A program made the translations under genes and the position numbers. DNA of 64,000 nt. Origin: Escherichia phage N2. A model generated the notes under the pieces. The model saw nothing but the letters and a program-made list of their open reading frames with translations, had not been told where the DNA came from and searched no databases. The stretch lies in the sequence record ON645936.1; one strand, given 5' to 3'. Below, piece after piece: positions 21,622-33,688 of this stretch; the first letter of the stretch is position 1, and each line of letters opens with the position of its first letter.

Positions 21622-22485
21622 TTAGAATGCTCCTTGGAAAATATTATCACCACTAGTAAATCTATTAAAATACCCTGCATCACCAGGCTTAGTATAACTC
21701 CACGTATGGAATGGATTCATATGATACGGGTGTGTATAATATGGATTATATGGATGTGTATAATATGGATTATACGGATTAAATCCAGGAGTTCTCCAGG
21801 TAGTGTTCCAGCGAAAAGAATCGTTTTTAATCATCTTTTCAATTACATCTTTTATAGCTTTTTCACTATCAAAACTTTCTTTATTTTCCTTTGGTGAAAA
21901 AAGCTTATTCTCTACATCGTTCCATGTATAAACTCGCTGAGCAGTTTTTGGAATACTGTCACGTTCCCCTCGAGCCATCCAATAAACTGGAACATTTAAT
22001 ATTTCACTCGCATGATCGCAGTGGTGAGCGAGATCGTCAATATAACAAATTACGTTATATTTCTCTTTTGCCTTTTTGAACAACTCTTCTTTTGAAGAAT
22101 CATGGCCACACATCAGTACTTCTGAGAAGGCACCAGGAAAAAGAGCATTCAAATTAAATTGACGATTCAGCAGAGCGTCAATAGAATCACCCAGTGCTGT
22201 AACAGCTACAAAATTATAATCTTCTTTTAATTTGTTAATTACACACAGAGCATCTTTATATGGAGACAAGTAACGAATAAAATCCGAACGATTGTATTTT
22301 TCAATTAACTTGACGCCAAGTTCTTCATCACAATTAAAAAGTTTACCAGGAGAAATAAATTTTTCATCTTGGATCATTTTTAAAATATGTTCCAACGGAA
22401 GATTATATTTCTGAGCAAAATAAGGAAGGCCTGATTGCCAGCTTAAGCATACTCCATCAATATCAGTTAAAATAGTAGGCTTCAT
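21622..22485 (-). CDS. HAD-superfamily phosphatase-like protein with C-terminal Pro/Tyr repeats
   Basis: 287 aa; N-terminal ILTDIDGV (DxDx[T/V] HAD motif I); tandem NPYYTHPY repeats near C-terminus. Confidence 0.65.
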   Translation of the reverse strand: MKPTILTDIDGVCLSWQSGLPYFAQKYNLPLEHILKMIQDEKFISPGKLFNCDEELGVKLIEKYNRSDFIRYLSPYKDALCVINKLKEDYNFVAVTALGDSIDALLNRQFNLNALFPGAFSEVLMCGHDSSKEELFKKAKEKYNVICYIDDLAHHCDHASEILNVPVYWMARGERDSIPKTAQRVYTWNDVENKLFSPKENKESFDSEKAIKDVIEKMIKNDSFRWNTTWRTPGFNPYNPYYTHPYNPYYTHPYHMNPFHTWSYTKPGDAGYFNRFTSGDNIFQGAF

Positions 22486-22946
22486 AGAGAGTCTCTTAAT
22501 AGGTTTAACACATCAATAAATTCAGCTTCGGTTAGTATTGTATCATCTTTTGTTAGACCACTAGCCATGCTGTGCTTCAAAACTTTTCCTTTCGAGGCTT
22601 GTAATGCATCACGAAAACCCTTGTTTTGAATCGCTGCTTCAAAATATGCATTTGTGTATAATTCTTTCCACGCCGGAGAGTATCTTGAAAACGGAACTCC
22701 AAGCCAGAAGAGGGTCCCACGGTCCTGAGCTCTAGCATAAGACCTTCCAGCTTGTTGAGCGGCAAGCCCGGATAACCCAAATATACGACGTTGTTGTTCA
22801 ACATTTTTCACCTTGCATCCTTGGAGGAATCCTTCAAGACCTCCAAATTGAATACCATCCATAACGAAAGGCCATTGGGCGAAATTGCTTAATGCACATG
22901 ATGGCCATCTAAAATTGCTTCTTATCTCTAGCTCAGACATTTTCAA
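22482..22946 (-). CDS. NADAR/YbiA-like (DUF1768-type) protein
   Basis: 154 aa; LSNFAQWPFVMDG...EGFLQGCK resembles YbiA FSNFAAWPIKVDG...EHYFQAQK core; no search run. Confidence 0.55.
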   Translation of the reverse strand: MKMSELEIRSNFRWPSCALSNFAQWPFVMDGIQFGGLEGFLQGCKVKNVEQQRRIFGLSGLAAQQAGRSYARAQDRGTLFWLGVPFSRYSPAWKELYTNAYFEAAIQNKGFRDALQASKGKVLKHSMASGLTKDDTILTEAEFIDVLNLLRDSL

Positions 22947-23139
22947 TACTTATAATTTCAACATCAGCCCAATGACCATAGCAAGGAAGACGAAATTCAA
23001 CTGGCCAGTTAGGGTCCTTTTCTAATATAATAGACTTAACTTGCGGTTCTTCGTGTTCATCAGTATACGGACCTTTATACGTTACTTTATATGTGACCTT
23101 AATGTACTGAATTCCAAAAATCTTATTAATTATATTCAT
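22933..23139 (-). CDS. Hypothetical protein
   Basis: 68-aa ORF in tightly packed minus-strand array. Confidence 0.4.
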   Translation of the reverse strand: MNIINKIFGIQYIKVTYKVTYKGPYTDEHEEPQVKSIILEKDPNWPVEFRLPCYGHWADVEIISIENV

Positions 23140-23333
23140 ACTAATTCCTTTAATCCATAGATAGGAGATAATTCATCACCCATACGAAGGTCTTCATTTC
23201 CATCTACCCAAGAAACAATATAAGCCTCTTTTATTTGAATACCACTCCATTTAAATGGAGGTAGAACCTTAGAAATTAATCCAGGTATACCAACTCCCTT
23301 TAATTCAACAGTTTGACCTAAAAAGAATTTCAT
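23136..23333 (-). CDS. Hypothetical protein
   Basis: 65-aa ORF, overlapping stop/start with neighbours. Confidence 0.4.
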   Translation of the reverse strand: MKFFLGQTVELKGVGIPGLISKVLPPFKWSGIQIKEAYIVSWVDGNEDLRMGDELSPIYGLKELV

Positions 23334-23620
23334 TAAAACCTCATCTGAAACCCGTGTGATTTAACATTACCGCCACCAATATCAGAAATGTTAATTTCAC
23401 GCGCAATTGAAGGGTCAATATCAATTTCACGATTGAGTTTAGTGATAGCTAGGGTATCACGGCCATTTACAGTACGGAACTCTAAAGGGCAGACTACATT
23501 AACGTAGTTTTTAATCGATTCACTGGTAGGCTGCAAATGAGCAGGAAGGTCTTTAGGTGCCTTTGAGAAAACCACTTCACAGAAATTTTTGCGGGTATCA
23601 AAATAAGTAGTCATAAACAT
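23333..23620 (-). CDS. Hypothetical protein
   Basis: 95-aa ORF; hairpin terminator upstream of it separates it from next unit. Confidence 0.45.
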   Translation of the reverse strand: MFMTTYFDTRKNFCEVVFSKAPKDLPAHLQPTSESIKNYVNVVCPLEFRTVNGRDTLAITKLNREIDIDPSIAREINISDIGGGNVKSHGFQMRF

Positions 23621-23661
23621 AATATTTTCCTCAATAGGGGGCCGAAGCCCCTCATTTTATT

Positions 23662-24039
23662 TTAAATATCAAATTCGTTAAGAACTACATCAAAGATTGC
23701 TTCAAGATGCTCAGGTTTAGCTCTATTACTCAGAATATGACGAATCCAAGTTTTAACCAGAAGCTTACGATTAACGCCATTCCAGCAAGGATGAGTCCCT
23801 AAATCGCGTTGACGAAAATCATCATCTAATGCGATTTTAAAAGAAGAACCTTCTTTCGTGATTGAAACCGTGATGCCATTTTCAAATCGCATATAAACGT
23901 AGTTAGGAGTCATATACTGTTCAATTTCGCATACTGATCCATTTTGATGTTTCCAAAGGCAGATAGTATCAATAGAACCTGCAATACCATTAGAAACATA
24001 TTTACGTTCAAAGTTGATGTAGTTCATTTTATTCTCCAA
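23662..24039 (-). CDS. Hypothetical protein
   Basis: 125-aa ORF downstream of an early promoter unit. Confidence 0.5.
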   Translation of the reverse strand: MENKMNYINFERKYVSNGIAGSIDTICLWKHQNGSVCEIEQYMTPNYVYMRFENGITVSITKEGSSFKIALDDDFRQRDLGTHPCWNGVNRKLLVKTWIRHILSNRAKPEHLEAIFDVVLNEFDI

Positions 24040-24059
24040 GGTGTTTAATTGCGGTACAG

Positions 24060-24095
24060 GTATATAATATCATATCCTGTACCAAAGTAAACAAT
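24060..24095 (-). promoter_or_regulatory. T4-type early promoter, minus strand
   Basis: rc GTTTAC then ~17 nt then TATTAT/TATATA; 20 nt upstream of ORF 23662..24039 start region. Confidence 0.5.
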
Positions 24096-24427
24096 TATTT
24101 TACTACTTTCCAATGCTGCATGTCAAGTTTACCAACTTTTTTCATCTTCTCAATTAAGCGTTCGGCACGTTGGCGAGCTGTAACATAATGCCATTCGCCT
24201 AATTCATTTTGTTCAATTTTTCCAACGATTACTGTATTCAATTCATAAATCCAACCAGTAAAGAAATTATGAACTTGGATTGCAAAGGTGAAATCTGTTC
24301 CCATACCTTCTGTTGTTTCTACTTCAATAATATCACCTTCAACTGCCATTAAGAACCACATAGTTTCATCATATTTACCATTGAAGCATTTAGTTTTAAC
24401 TGTAGCGTTCAGATTAATCGTTTTCAT
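24095..24427 (-). CDS. Hypothetical protein
   Basis: 110-aa ORF downstream of an early promoter unit. Confidence 0.5.
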   Translation of the reverse strand: MKTINLNATVKTKCFNGKYDETMWFLMAVEGDIIEVETTEGMGTDFTFAIQVHNFFTGWIYELNTVIVGKIEQNELGEWHYVTARQRAERLIEKMKKVGKLDMQHWKVVK

Positions 24428-24449
24428 TTTATTCTCCTTTGTTGGTGTA

Positions 24450-24490
24450 AGATAATACTATCACAAAGGAACCATACTGTAAACAACTTT
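24450..24490 (-). promoter_or_regulatory. T4-type early promoter, minus strand
   Basis: rc GTTTAC-N18-TAGTAT upstream of ORF 24095..24427. Confidence 0.55.
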
Positions 24491-24511
24491 ATGCAATCTT
24501 TGGAAAATAAA

Positions 24512-24537
24512 AAAGGACTCCCGAAGGAGTCCTCAAC
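24512..24537 (-). terminator. Intrinsic terminator, minus strand
   Basis: GGACUCC-UUCG-GGAGUCC hairpin followed by UUUUUUAUUUU on minus strand. Confidence 0.7.
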
Positions 24538-24714
24538 TTATGCTTTCTGCTTACCAAAACGAGAAGCATCATCTCGAAGAACCGCACGTGCTCGGCGCAT
24601 GATCTTCTCAACAGTTTGATTGATACGAGAGTTCGACCCACGCTTGTAGCCAGCGCGTTTAGAATCACCAACTTTCTTTTCAACTGCTTTCTTTGCTTTA
24701 GCTTGTTTTGCCAT
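24538..24714 (-). CDS. Small basic protein
   Basis: Track ORF 24538..24756 trimmed to MAKQAKAKKAV... start; Lys/Arg-rich; hairpin terminator follows. Confidence 0.45.
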   Translation of the reverse strand: MAKQAKAKKAVEKKVGDSKRAGYKRGSNSRINQTVEKIMRRARAVLRDDASRFGKQKA

Positions 24715-24833
24715 TATAAATTCTCTTTTAAATGAAAATGCAGGACTTATTGGCATTGCCTGCGCAAGCCCTCAAGGGGAACATAGGTTTTGAATATTTA
24801 CCGACAGGATAACCATAAACCTCGTCAACATAA

Positions 24834-25082
24834 TTACTTCAGTGTTACCACAAAGTGACGAACTGCTTTTCGTGCAGCAGAAGCCAGAGGCTTAGCATAT
24901 TTAAGTTCATCTTTTTCCTGAAGCTCAGCAGCTAATGCAGTTTGAGCAGGATTCAGATGTTTGAAATAACGCAGGATTTCAAGAGCTTCGGCTTCAACAT
25001 CAATAGATGCGCCATAGTTTTCGTGACCATTATTCCATGCGTTTCGTTGCAGTTCAAGAGCGTGTTGTAATTGTTTAATCAT
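24834..25082 (-). CDS. rIII: Lysis inhibition accessory protein rIII
   Basis: 82 aa, T4 rIII length and position immediately before gene 31. Confidence 0.7.
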   Translation of the reverse strand: MIKQLQHALELQRNAWNNGHENYGASIDVEAEALEILRYFKHLNPAQTALAAELQEKDELKYAKPLASAARKAVRHFVVTLK

Positions 25083-25229
25083 TTAAAAATTCTCGTTAGA
25101 GATTAAAACTCGGTAGTCACGTTCTTCTGAATTTCATCTTCTTTCGACAGATCTCTCAGTTGTAGACTACCACATAGAATTGTTCGGTTAACTTATTATT
25201 CCGACACCCAATTCATATTATTATTTATA

Positions 25230-25565
25230 TCACTTATAAAGACACGGAATAGCTTTATAGTGACAGGTAACAAATTTTTGTTTAATTTCTTTTGGCTGCT
25301 TAAGACCCAGAGCTACAAAAGGATGTGGAACGTTTCGAATTTGACCAACTGGAAGAGAAGTCAAATCACCAACTTCGCAGAAACCTTCAGGAACATCAGG
25401 ACCAACAGAGTGAATTACACACAGTTCAGGAACTTCACCTTGAACACGTTTACCGATAATAAGTCCTGATTCTGTAACTTCTTCATCACCGGCTTGTGCA
25501 GGTTCAGAAACTAAAATAACATATTCACCGACAGCACGAATTGGTAGCTGTTGTACTTCAGACAT
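25230..25565 (-). CDS. 31: Co-chaperonin gp31 (GroES analog)
   Basis: 111 aa, T4 gp31 length; [19 protein letters not shown]... N-terminus. Confidence 0.9.
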   Translation of the reverse strand: MSEVQQLPIRAVGEYVILVSEPAQAGDEEVTESGLIIGKRVQGEVPELCVIHSVGPDVPEGFCEVGDLTSLPVGQIRNVPHPFVALGLKQPKEIKQKFVTCHYKAIPCLYK

Positions 25566-25622
25566 CGTTTTTCCTTTTTTGTTAACAGATAAATTAATAA
25601 TAACAAATAATTCTTAAAGCAT

Positions 25623-25931
25623 TTATTTACCAATAAATTGGAGCAAATGCTTAACTTTCATACCATTAACAGAAATCAATTTGTCAATAGAAAAACCTCG
25701 CCAAGCGCCAAGTTCAACATCAAATACTGGAATCATATCCGTAGATTCTTTCCGAGTAGATTCAGTCAATTTACCAGTTTGCATGGTTGGCATAAAGTCT
25801 GCATCACGAGTACCTTTCATAGTACGAATAGTACCATCAGACTTTTCAAAAACTACGTTTGAAACACCCATGGACAATTTAGTTTTCAAAATTTCACGAA
25901 TTGCTACTTTCTGTTCAGTTGTCAATTTCAT
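25623..25931 (-). CDS. Hypothetical protein
   Basis: 102-aa ORF after gene 31. Confidence 0.5.
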   Translation of the reverse strand: MKLTTEQKVAIREILKTKLSMGVSNVVFEKSDGTIRTMKGTRDADFMPTMQTGKLTESTRKESTDMIPVFDVELGAWRGFSIDKLISVNGMKVKHLLQFIGK

Positions 25932-26168
25932 TTATTTACCTATTACAGTTTTAATATGGGTTGTTCCACGTTCTTTAAGAGTGGAAAGCAATTTTTGGCA
26001 TTTTTCTAAATCAGATTTCCAACTATACGGTCTATCAATACAAACCCATTCTGACTTATAATACTGCTTCCATTTAGAGAAAAAATATTTCTTATACTCT
26101 ACAGCAAATGAAATGTTCTCGTTAGAATAAGAACTAATTGCTGTGAGTTGTACCAAACGAAATTTCAT
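25932..26168 (-). CDS. Hypothetical protein
   Basis: 78-aa ORF between previous ORF and cd. Confidence 0.45.
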   Translation of the reverse strand: MKFRLVQLTAISSYSNENISFAVEYKKYFFSKWKQYYKSEWVCIDRPYSWKSDLEKCQKLLSTLKERGTTHIKTVIGK

Positions 26169-26749
26169 TATTCACCACAGAATTCGTTGATATTTTCCCA
26201 GTTTAACTTATTCAAGTTTTTCTTAGGAACATTAAACACTTCAATACCTGCATTTCGCAGAATATCATCCCAGCCAGGTTTATTTTTATCGTATGTTTCG
26301 CAATAAACTAGCTTTTTAATACCAGATTGAGCTATCGCTTTTGCGCAATCCGGACATGGAGAAAGTGTTACATACATAGTAGCACCTTCAATTGAAGAAC
26401 CGTTTCGTGCAGCAAACAAAATTGCATTTAGTTCAGCATGAATTTCATTTTTAGACGACCATTCAGAGTGAGCGCTACGATGTTCTTTCGCCAAGACAAA
26501 ACGATCAGTTGAACCAAATGATACGCATTCAGGCTTATGACCTTGAATGATAGTATGTTTAGGCTTATTCAACAACCAACCTTGCTCAGCAGCATAATCA
26601 CAACAGTTCACACCCCCTGCGGGTGAACCATTATATCCGGTAGAAATAATACGTCCATTCTTTTCAATTACTGCTCCTACCTTCCAGGAGCAACATTTTG
26701 ATTCCTGCGATACTAAATATGCAATTTGAAGTACTGTACTCGCTTTCAT
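26168..26749 (-). CDS. cd: dCMP deaminase
   Basis: 193 aa; cytidine/dCMP deaminase zinc motif HAE...PCPDC. Confidence 0.92.
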   Translation of the reverse strand: MKASTVLQIAYLVSQESKCCSWKVGAVIEKNGRIISTGYNGSPAGGVNCCDYAAEQGWLLNKPKHTIIQGHKPECVSFGSTDRFVLAKEHRSAHSEWSSKNEIHAELNAILFAARNGSSIEGATMYVTLSPCPDCAKAIAQSGIKKLVYCETYDKNKPGWDDILRNAGIEVFNVPKKNLNKLNWENINEFCGE

Positions 26750-27084
26750 TTCATAATCACCAGATAAGCAGATTTAGTAGTTTCAACACGATAAATTTCG
26801 TGACGAAGTTTAGTTATACTTTTAATAACAGAACTAATTATATTCTGCCCATCTTTAAAGCGGTTTTTCTTATCAATAAAAACTGCGCCAGTCATCTTTT
26901 TGTGAAGCTCAACTGGATACTTCGTCACAATAATAGCATCATACACAGAAGGATGAATACTATTCACCAGAGTGTCATTCATTAAAGTTATTCTAATGAA
27001 CTGTGCTGTTTCAGAGTCAAGCGCTCTATGATCGCCAGTATCATTTTCAAGACAATTATCAATTATATCAGTTAAATTCATCAT
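26746..27084 (-). CDS. Hypothetical protein
   Basis: 112-aa ORF, stop overlaps cd start. Confidence 0.45.
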   Translation of the reverse strand: MMNLTDIIDNCLENDTGDHRALDSETAQFIRITLMNDTLVNSIHPSVYDAIIVTKYPVELHKKMTGAVFIDKKNRFKDGQNIISSVIKSITKLRHEIYRVETTKSAYLVIMK

Positions 27085-27317
27085 AGTACGCCATACACCC
27101 TTTGTGCTTCAACTAATCCATCAAAATCCAATTTGAGATGTGTTATTTGATCACCATCACCTGGATTCACAATTACTAATACTGAACGAGGAGTTTCGGT
27201 AATAACACGAACCGATGTTTCAGGAAATCGTTCAGAAACCTTATTTACCAATTCCTGTGCAAATAGTTTAACTTTTTCTTGGAATTCTTTAACAGTAATC
27301 GGTTTTTCACTTAGCAT
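27081..27317 (-). CDS. Hypothetical protein
   Basis: 78-aa ORF in coupled array. Confidence 0.45.
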   Translation of the reverse strand: MLSEKPITVKEFQEKVKLFAQELVNKVSERFPETSVRVITETPRSVLVIVNPGDGDQITHLKLDFDGLVEAQRVYGVL

Positions 27318-27838
27318 GTTGATCCCAGCTCCTTACTTTCAACGTTTTTAACTAATTTGACAGAAACTAATTCAGCATCTTGAGTAATCATTACCGGACC
27401 TTCTTCATACTCTTCAAGATATTCTAGAGCTTTCTTTTTAGCTTCTTCCTTCGTATCAGTTTGAGCATAGATATAAAACATACAACCAGTAATACCTACT
27501 ACTTTCCACTTAATTTCTTTATCAGTTTTAATTTCAAATTTACTTACAGAATCATCTTTTTGAACTTCTTCGAAAAAAGAATATTCTAGCATATAAGCAA
27601 TTGAAAACAACGGGCTAACTTTATAGGATTCACCCATTACATCAACAGCTTTATACCAACAATCATCAATTTCGCGTTTAATGCTAATAACATTTTTCGC
27701 AGGATCTATTTTTACTTTAAATGAATTTTCCCCAATAAACTGGGCAATTCGTTTATTAGCCCCGCAAGTTTCATTAAAAATATCTTTATATCCAGCTTTA
27801 AAGCGATAAACCTTATCTTCTTCAAACCATTCGCTCAT
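27311..27838 (-). CDS. Hypothetical protein
   Basis: 175-aa ORF downstream of early promoter unit at ~27860-27900. Confidence 0.5.
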   Translation of the reverse strand: MSEWFEEDKVYRFKAGYKDIFNETCGANKRIAQFIGENSFKVKIDPAKNVISIKREIDDCWYKAVDVMGESYKVSPLFSIAYMLEYSFFEEVQKDDSVSKFEIKTDKEIKWKVVGITGCMFYIYAQTDTKEEAKKKALEYLEEYEEGPVMITQDAELVSVKLVKNVESKELGSTC

Positions 27839-27859
27839 TTCAATTTCCTCATTTGTTTT

Positions 27860-27900
27860 GGTAGAGCTATAATATCACAACTCTACCGTAAAGTAAACTG
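27860..27900 (-). promoter_or_regulatory. T4-type early promoter, minus strand
   Basis: rc GTTTAC then TATTAT-like -10 upstream of ORF 27311..27838. Confidence 0.5.
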
Positions 27901-28176
27901 TTAAATTGCTTTGAATTCTGATGTCTGCGATTCAAAACGAATATCGCCTTTGATAACTAACTCAGCATCAAGACCGAATACGACAATGATATGCGCAGAA
28001 CTTGGATACAGCGTAATGGCAATAGAATCCACCTGGTCTGGAAGCAAAGTGTTCAATACATGAGTCACTTGAGCATGAATTCGAAGCTCAGCTGCGTTAT
28101 CAAGTTTTTCAAACATATTATTAGCGATAATTTGGCTAAACACTACTTCTACGATTTTAGAGTAAGTCGGAAACAT
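27901..28176 (-). CDS. Hypothetical protein
   Basis: 91-aa ORF. Confidence 0.45.
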   Translation of the reverse strand: MFPTYSKIVEVVFSQIIANNMFEKLDNAAELRIHAQVTHVLNTLLPDQVDSIAITLYPSSAHIIVVFGLDAELVIKGDIRFESQTSEFKAI

Positions 28177-28240
28177 ATTTACCTCACATAATTTTCTTCA
28201 AGCCAATCAATAATAGACAAAGTTTCATGGTGCCAAGCCA

Positions 28241-29459
<1,219 letters not shown>

Positions 29460-29463
<4 letters not shown>

Positions 29464-29690
29464 TTATTTTTCTCAACCAATGATTGAATATAATCATGCA
29501 GGTCTTTAGATGCTTTACCCCACTTATTTTGGTATTCATTTTTAAGATTAGCACGTGATTGAGCTAATAAAACATCATTAGTTGGAGGTAAAGATTCTAA
29601 TCGTTGAATCTGACGTCCATAAATCATTGCAGCCATCTCGGATTCATAAATCAATCCTTTGAGATGTTCAAATTGATGCCATGAAATCAT
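29460..29690 (-). CDS. Hypothetical protein
   Basis: 76-aa ORF in coupled array. Confidence 0.4.
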
Positions 29691-29986
29691 TTACATTTAT
29701 CCTCTTTTAGCTCTTGACGATAATAACATATCATAGTTTTTTGGTCATGTACATATCGTTTTACATCATTAAGCCAAATACGAAATTCCTGGGAATCTTC
29801 AAATGGCATACCGACCCAAGCTTTACCATCAATAACTTTAACTTGCCAAGATAGTTTAGCTTCATCATATGACTTTATTTGCACAGGCCAATTAGGATGA
29901 ACTGTTTCTTTCTTTACTTCTAGAGGCTTTGTCGAACAACCAACTAGAAGACCAATAGATAATATTACTGCCGATAGTTTAATCAT
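29687..29986 (-). CDS. Outer-membrane spanin (Rz1-type lipoprotein)
   Basis: 99 aa; signal peptide with lipobox LLVGC; C-terminal Cys; adjacent to i-spanin-like ORF. Confidence 0.65.
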   Translation of the reverse strand: MIKLSAVILSIGLLVGCSTKPLEVKKETVHPNWPVQIKSYDEAKLSWQVKVIDGKAWVGMPFEDSQEFRIWLNDVKRYVHDQKTMICYYRQELKEDKCK

Positions 29987-30336
29987 TTAGAAAGGTCCTG
30001 GATGTCTTCTGCGAACTTGTTGAAGGAGTTGTTGATTTGTTTTTCAACCAATCCTGGCTTATGAGCCACCACATCCGCCTTCTTTGCGTCTTTGCGCAGT
30101 TTTTCATTTTCACGCTCAATAGCAGCAATTGCCTCACGATTTTTATTATTCATCGCATCAATATAATTATACTGAATTCGCAAATTATCTAATGCTAAAG
30201 CGTTTTCATTGGCTGTTTTTGTAATTTCAGTAACCGATGTTTCTAATCTTTCTACCTTATTTTTTAAAATAATAGATGTTCCGCCAAATGCTATTACAAG
30301 TAATAGCAATCCAGCTGTAAAATTACTTACATGCAT
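29983..30336 (-). CDS. Inner-membrane spanin (Rz-type)
   Basis: 117 aa; N-terminal TMD (FTAGLLLLVIAFGGTSIIL) followed by predicted coiled coil. Confidence 0.65.
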   Translation of the reverse strand: MHVSNFTAGLLLLVIAFGGTSIILKNKVERLETSVTEITKTANENALALDNLRIQYNYIDAMNNKNREAIAAIERENEKLRKDAKKADVVAHKPGLVEKQINNSFNKFAEDIQDLSK

Positions 30337-30833
30337 AAAGTTTTAATAACCTCTACAATATCGTCTTGAGAAAGACCGTTAATTAAAATATGATGTTCAG
30401 CCGGAGATTTAGAAATTTTAAAGCATGCCTCAACATCTTCTGCCATATCTGATGCGCTACGATTTGGATTACTAATTCCAAGACGATGTTTTCCCGTCAA
30501 AGGATTAACGATGATGTAGCATTTACAATTATTGATATGAACATTAGGTTGAGTCTGATTAATGAACACATCACAATCATATTTCGCAAGCTGATTTTCT
30601 AAAAAGACTTTCATCTCCTCAACCGCATCAGGAAGCATATCACGGGCTTGCTCAAGACGACGATTTCGATATTCTTTAATGGTCGTTTTCCGCTTGACTT
30701 GCTTAGCTAAATCTTTCTTAAGATCGGTGATATATCCAACTCGACGATTTCCTTTGAATACAGAAATCCCATCTGTAGTATCACCATATGCTTCAACGAC
30801 CATTTCAGTAGTAATAAGCTGTAAATCCATCAT
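30327..30833 (-). CDS. alc: Alc (host transcription unfolding/termination on dC-DNA)
   Basis: 168 aa (T4 Alc 167) directly upstream of rnlA; early promoter unit upstream. Confidence 0.65.
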   Translation of the reverse strand: MMDLQLITTEMVVEAYGDTTDGISVFKGNRRVGYITDLKKDLAKQVKRKTTIKEYRNRRLEQARDMLPDAVEEMKVFLENQLAKYDCDVFINQTQPNVHINNCKCYIIVNPLTGKHRLGISNPNRSASDMAEDVEACFKISKSPAEHHILINGLSQDDIVEVIKTLCM

Positions 30834-30856
30834 AAAGTCCTCATGTTATGTCAGTA

Positions 30857-30894
30857 AAATTACTATAACACAACACGAGGGACTTGTAAACAGC

Positions 30895-30897
<3 letters not shown>
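30857..30897 (-). promoter_or_regulatory. T4-type early promoter (GTTTAC-N18-TATAGT), minus strand, upstream of alc
   Basis: Near-identical copy of the 17170-17210 unit; followed by GAGGA RBS and alc ATG. Confidence 0.6.
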
Positions 30898-32482
<1,585 letters not shown>

Positions 32483-32502
32483 AATAAAATGGGCCTTGCG
32501 GC
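32483..32502 (-). terminator. Hairpin between nrdB and denA
   Basis: GGGCC-GCAA-GGCCC hairpin immediately after nrdB stop. Confidence 0.5.
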
Positions 32503-32509
32503 CCACTCC

Positions 32510-33688
32510 TTAAAAATATTTTTTAAAACTCATCATAACTTTATCATCAACATCATTATCAATCTGTGCTACAAGGTAAGATGACAGTTCTACTTCTTGT
32601 GGTGCAGATTGAACATTATCAGAATTAAGGTATTCACGAATCCAAGGATATGGATGTTTAACCGGAGCATCGGTAATTGGACATGGAAGACCACACTGTT
32701 TCATACGAGATACAGTTAAGTAATCAATAAAGCTCCACATGCTATTTGTATTTAATCCAGGAACATCGCCATCTTTAAATAAATGAACTGCCCAATCTTT
32801 TTCTTGGCGGTTAACTTCCATGAAAATATCAACTGCTTCTTGTTCACACTCTTGAGCAATTTTAACCCATTCATCACCATCAGTACCGGATTGAAGTTGA
32901 CGAATAATATATTGAGTGCCTTTAAGGTGAAGCTGCTCATCACGTGCAATGAACTTCATAATCTTGGCATTACCTTCCATGATTTCCATGTTCTTATGGA
33001 AGTTAAAGGTACATGCAAAAGATACATAAAAACGAATAGCTTCTAAGGCATTAATAACGTGCAAACAGAGGTAAAGAGATTTCATTAGTGCTCGTTTAGC
33101 TTCGGCTTCTTGTTTAATAGCTCGATTTAAACGAAAAACAGCATCAGGAGATTCTTTAGCTAGTTCTGTAAATTCTTTAGCATTTTCCCATTCACGGGTT
33201 TTAGTCAGAACATCATCATAATAGCGACCGATAGATTCAGCACGTTTCATAATAGCTTTATCTAGTACAATCTCATCAAATACCTTCGATGGATCAGTAT
33301 AAAGATTTCGCATGATATGAGTATATGAACGACTGTGAATAGTTTCACTAAAAGTCCATGTAGCAACCCATGTATCAAGGCTTGGGTCTGAAATTAATGA
33401 CATAAGTACAGCAGACGGCGCACGACCTTGAATACTATCAAGTAATGATTGATACTTCAGATTATTAGTAAAAATATTTTGTTGATACTGAGGAAGCTTA
33501 TTAAACTGTGCAGCATCCATCATCAAGTTTACTTCTTCCGGACGCCAGAAAAACGAGAGCGAACGTTCAATAAGTTCTTCAAATACTCGATGCCGTTGAA
33601 TATCATAACGCGCAATACCAAGACCTGAACCAAAAAACATAGGTTCTTTTAAAACATCGACCTGTTTAGTATTAAAAACTGTACTCAT
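32510..33688 (-). CDS. nrdB: Ribonucleotide reductase beta subunit NrdB (uninterrupted)
   Basis: 392-aa contiguous ORF with class Ia R2 diiron ligand regions; no intron gap; hairpin terminator after stop. Confidence 0.94.
   Translation of the reverse strand: MSTVFNTKQVDVLKEPMFFGSGLGIARYDIQRHRVFEELIERSLSFFWRPEEVNLMMDAAQFNKLPQYQQNIFTNNLKYQSLLDSIQGRAPSAVLMSLISDPSLDTWVATWTFSETIHSRSYTHIMRNLYTDPSKVFDEIVLDKAIMKRAESIGRYYDDVLTKTREWENAKEFTELAKESPDAVFRLNRAIKQEAEAKRALMKSLYLCLHVINALEAIRFYVSFACTFNFHKNMEIMEGNAKIMKFIARDEQLHLKGTQYIIRQLQSGTDGDEWVKIAQECEQEAVDIFMEVNRQEKDWAVHLFKDGDVPGLNTNSMWSFIDYLTVSRMKQCGLPCPITDAPVKHPYPWIREYLNSDNVQSAPQEVELSSYLVAQIDNDVDDKVMMSFKKYF

Noticed and set aside
32510-33688. Looked for a group I intron with I-TevIII-like ORF in nrdB
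   Set aside because: nrdB is one continuous 392-codon ORF with no in-frame stop or intron-like insert.
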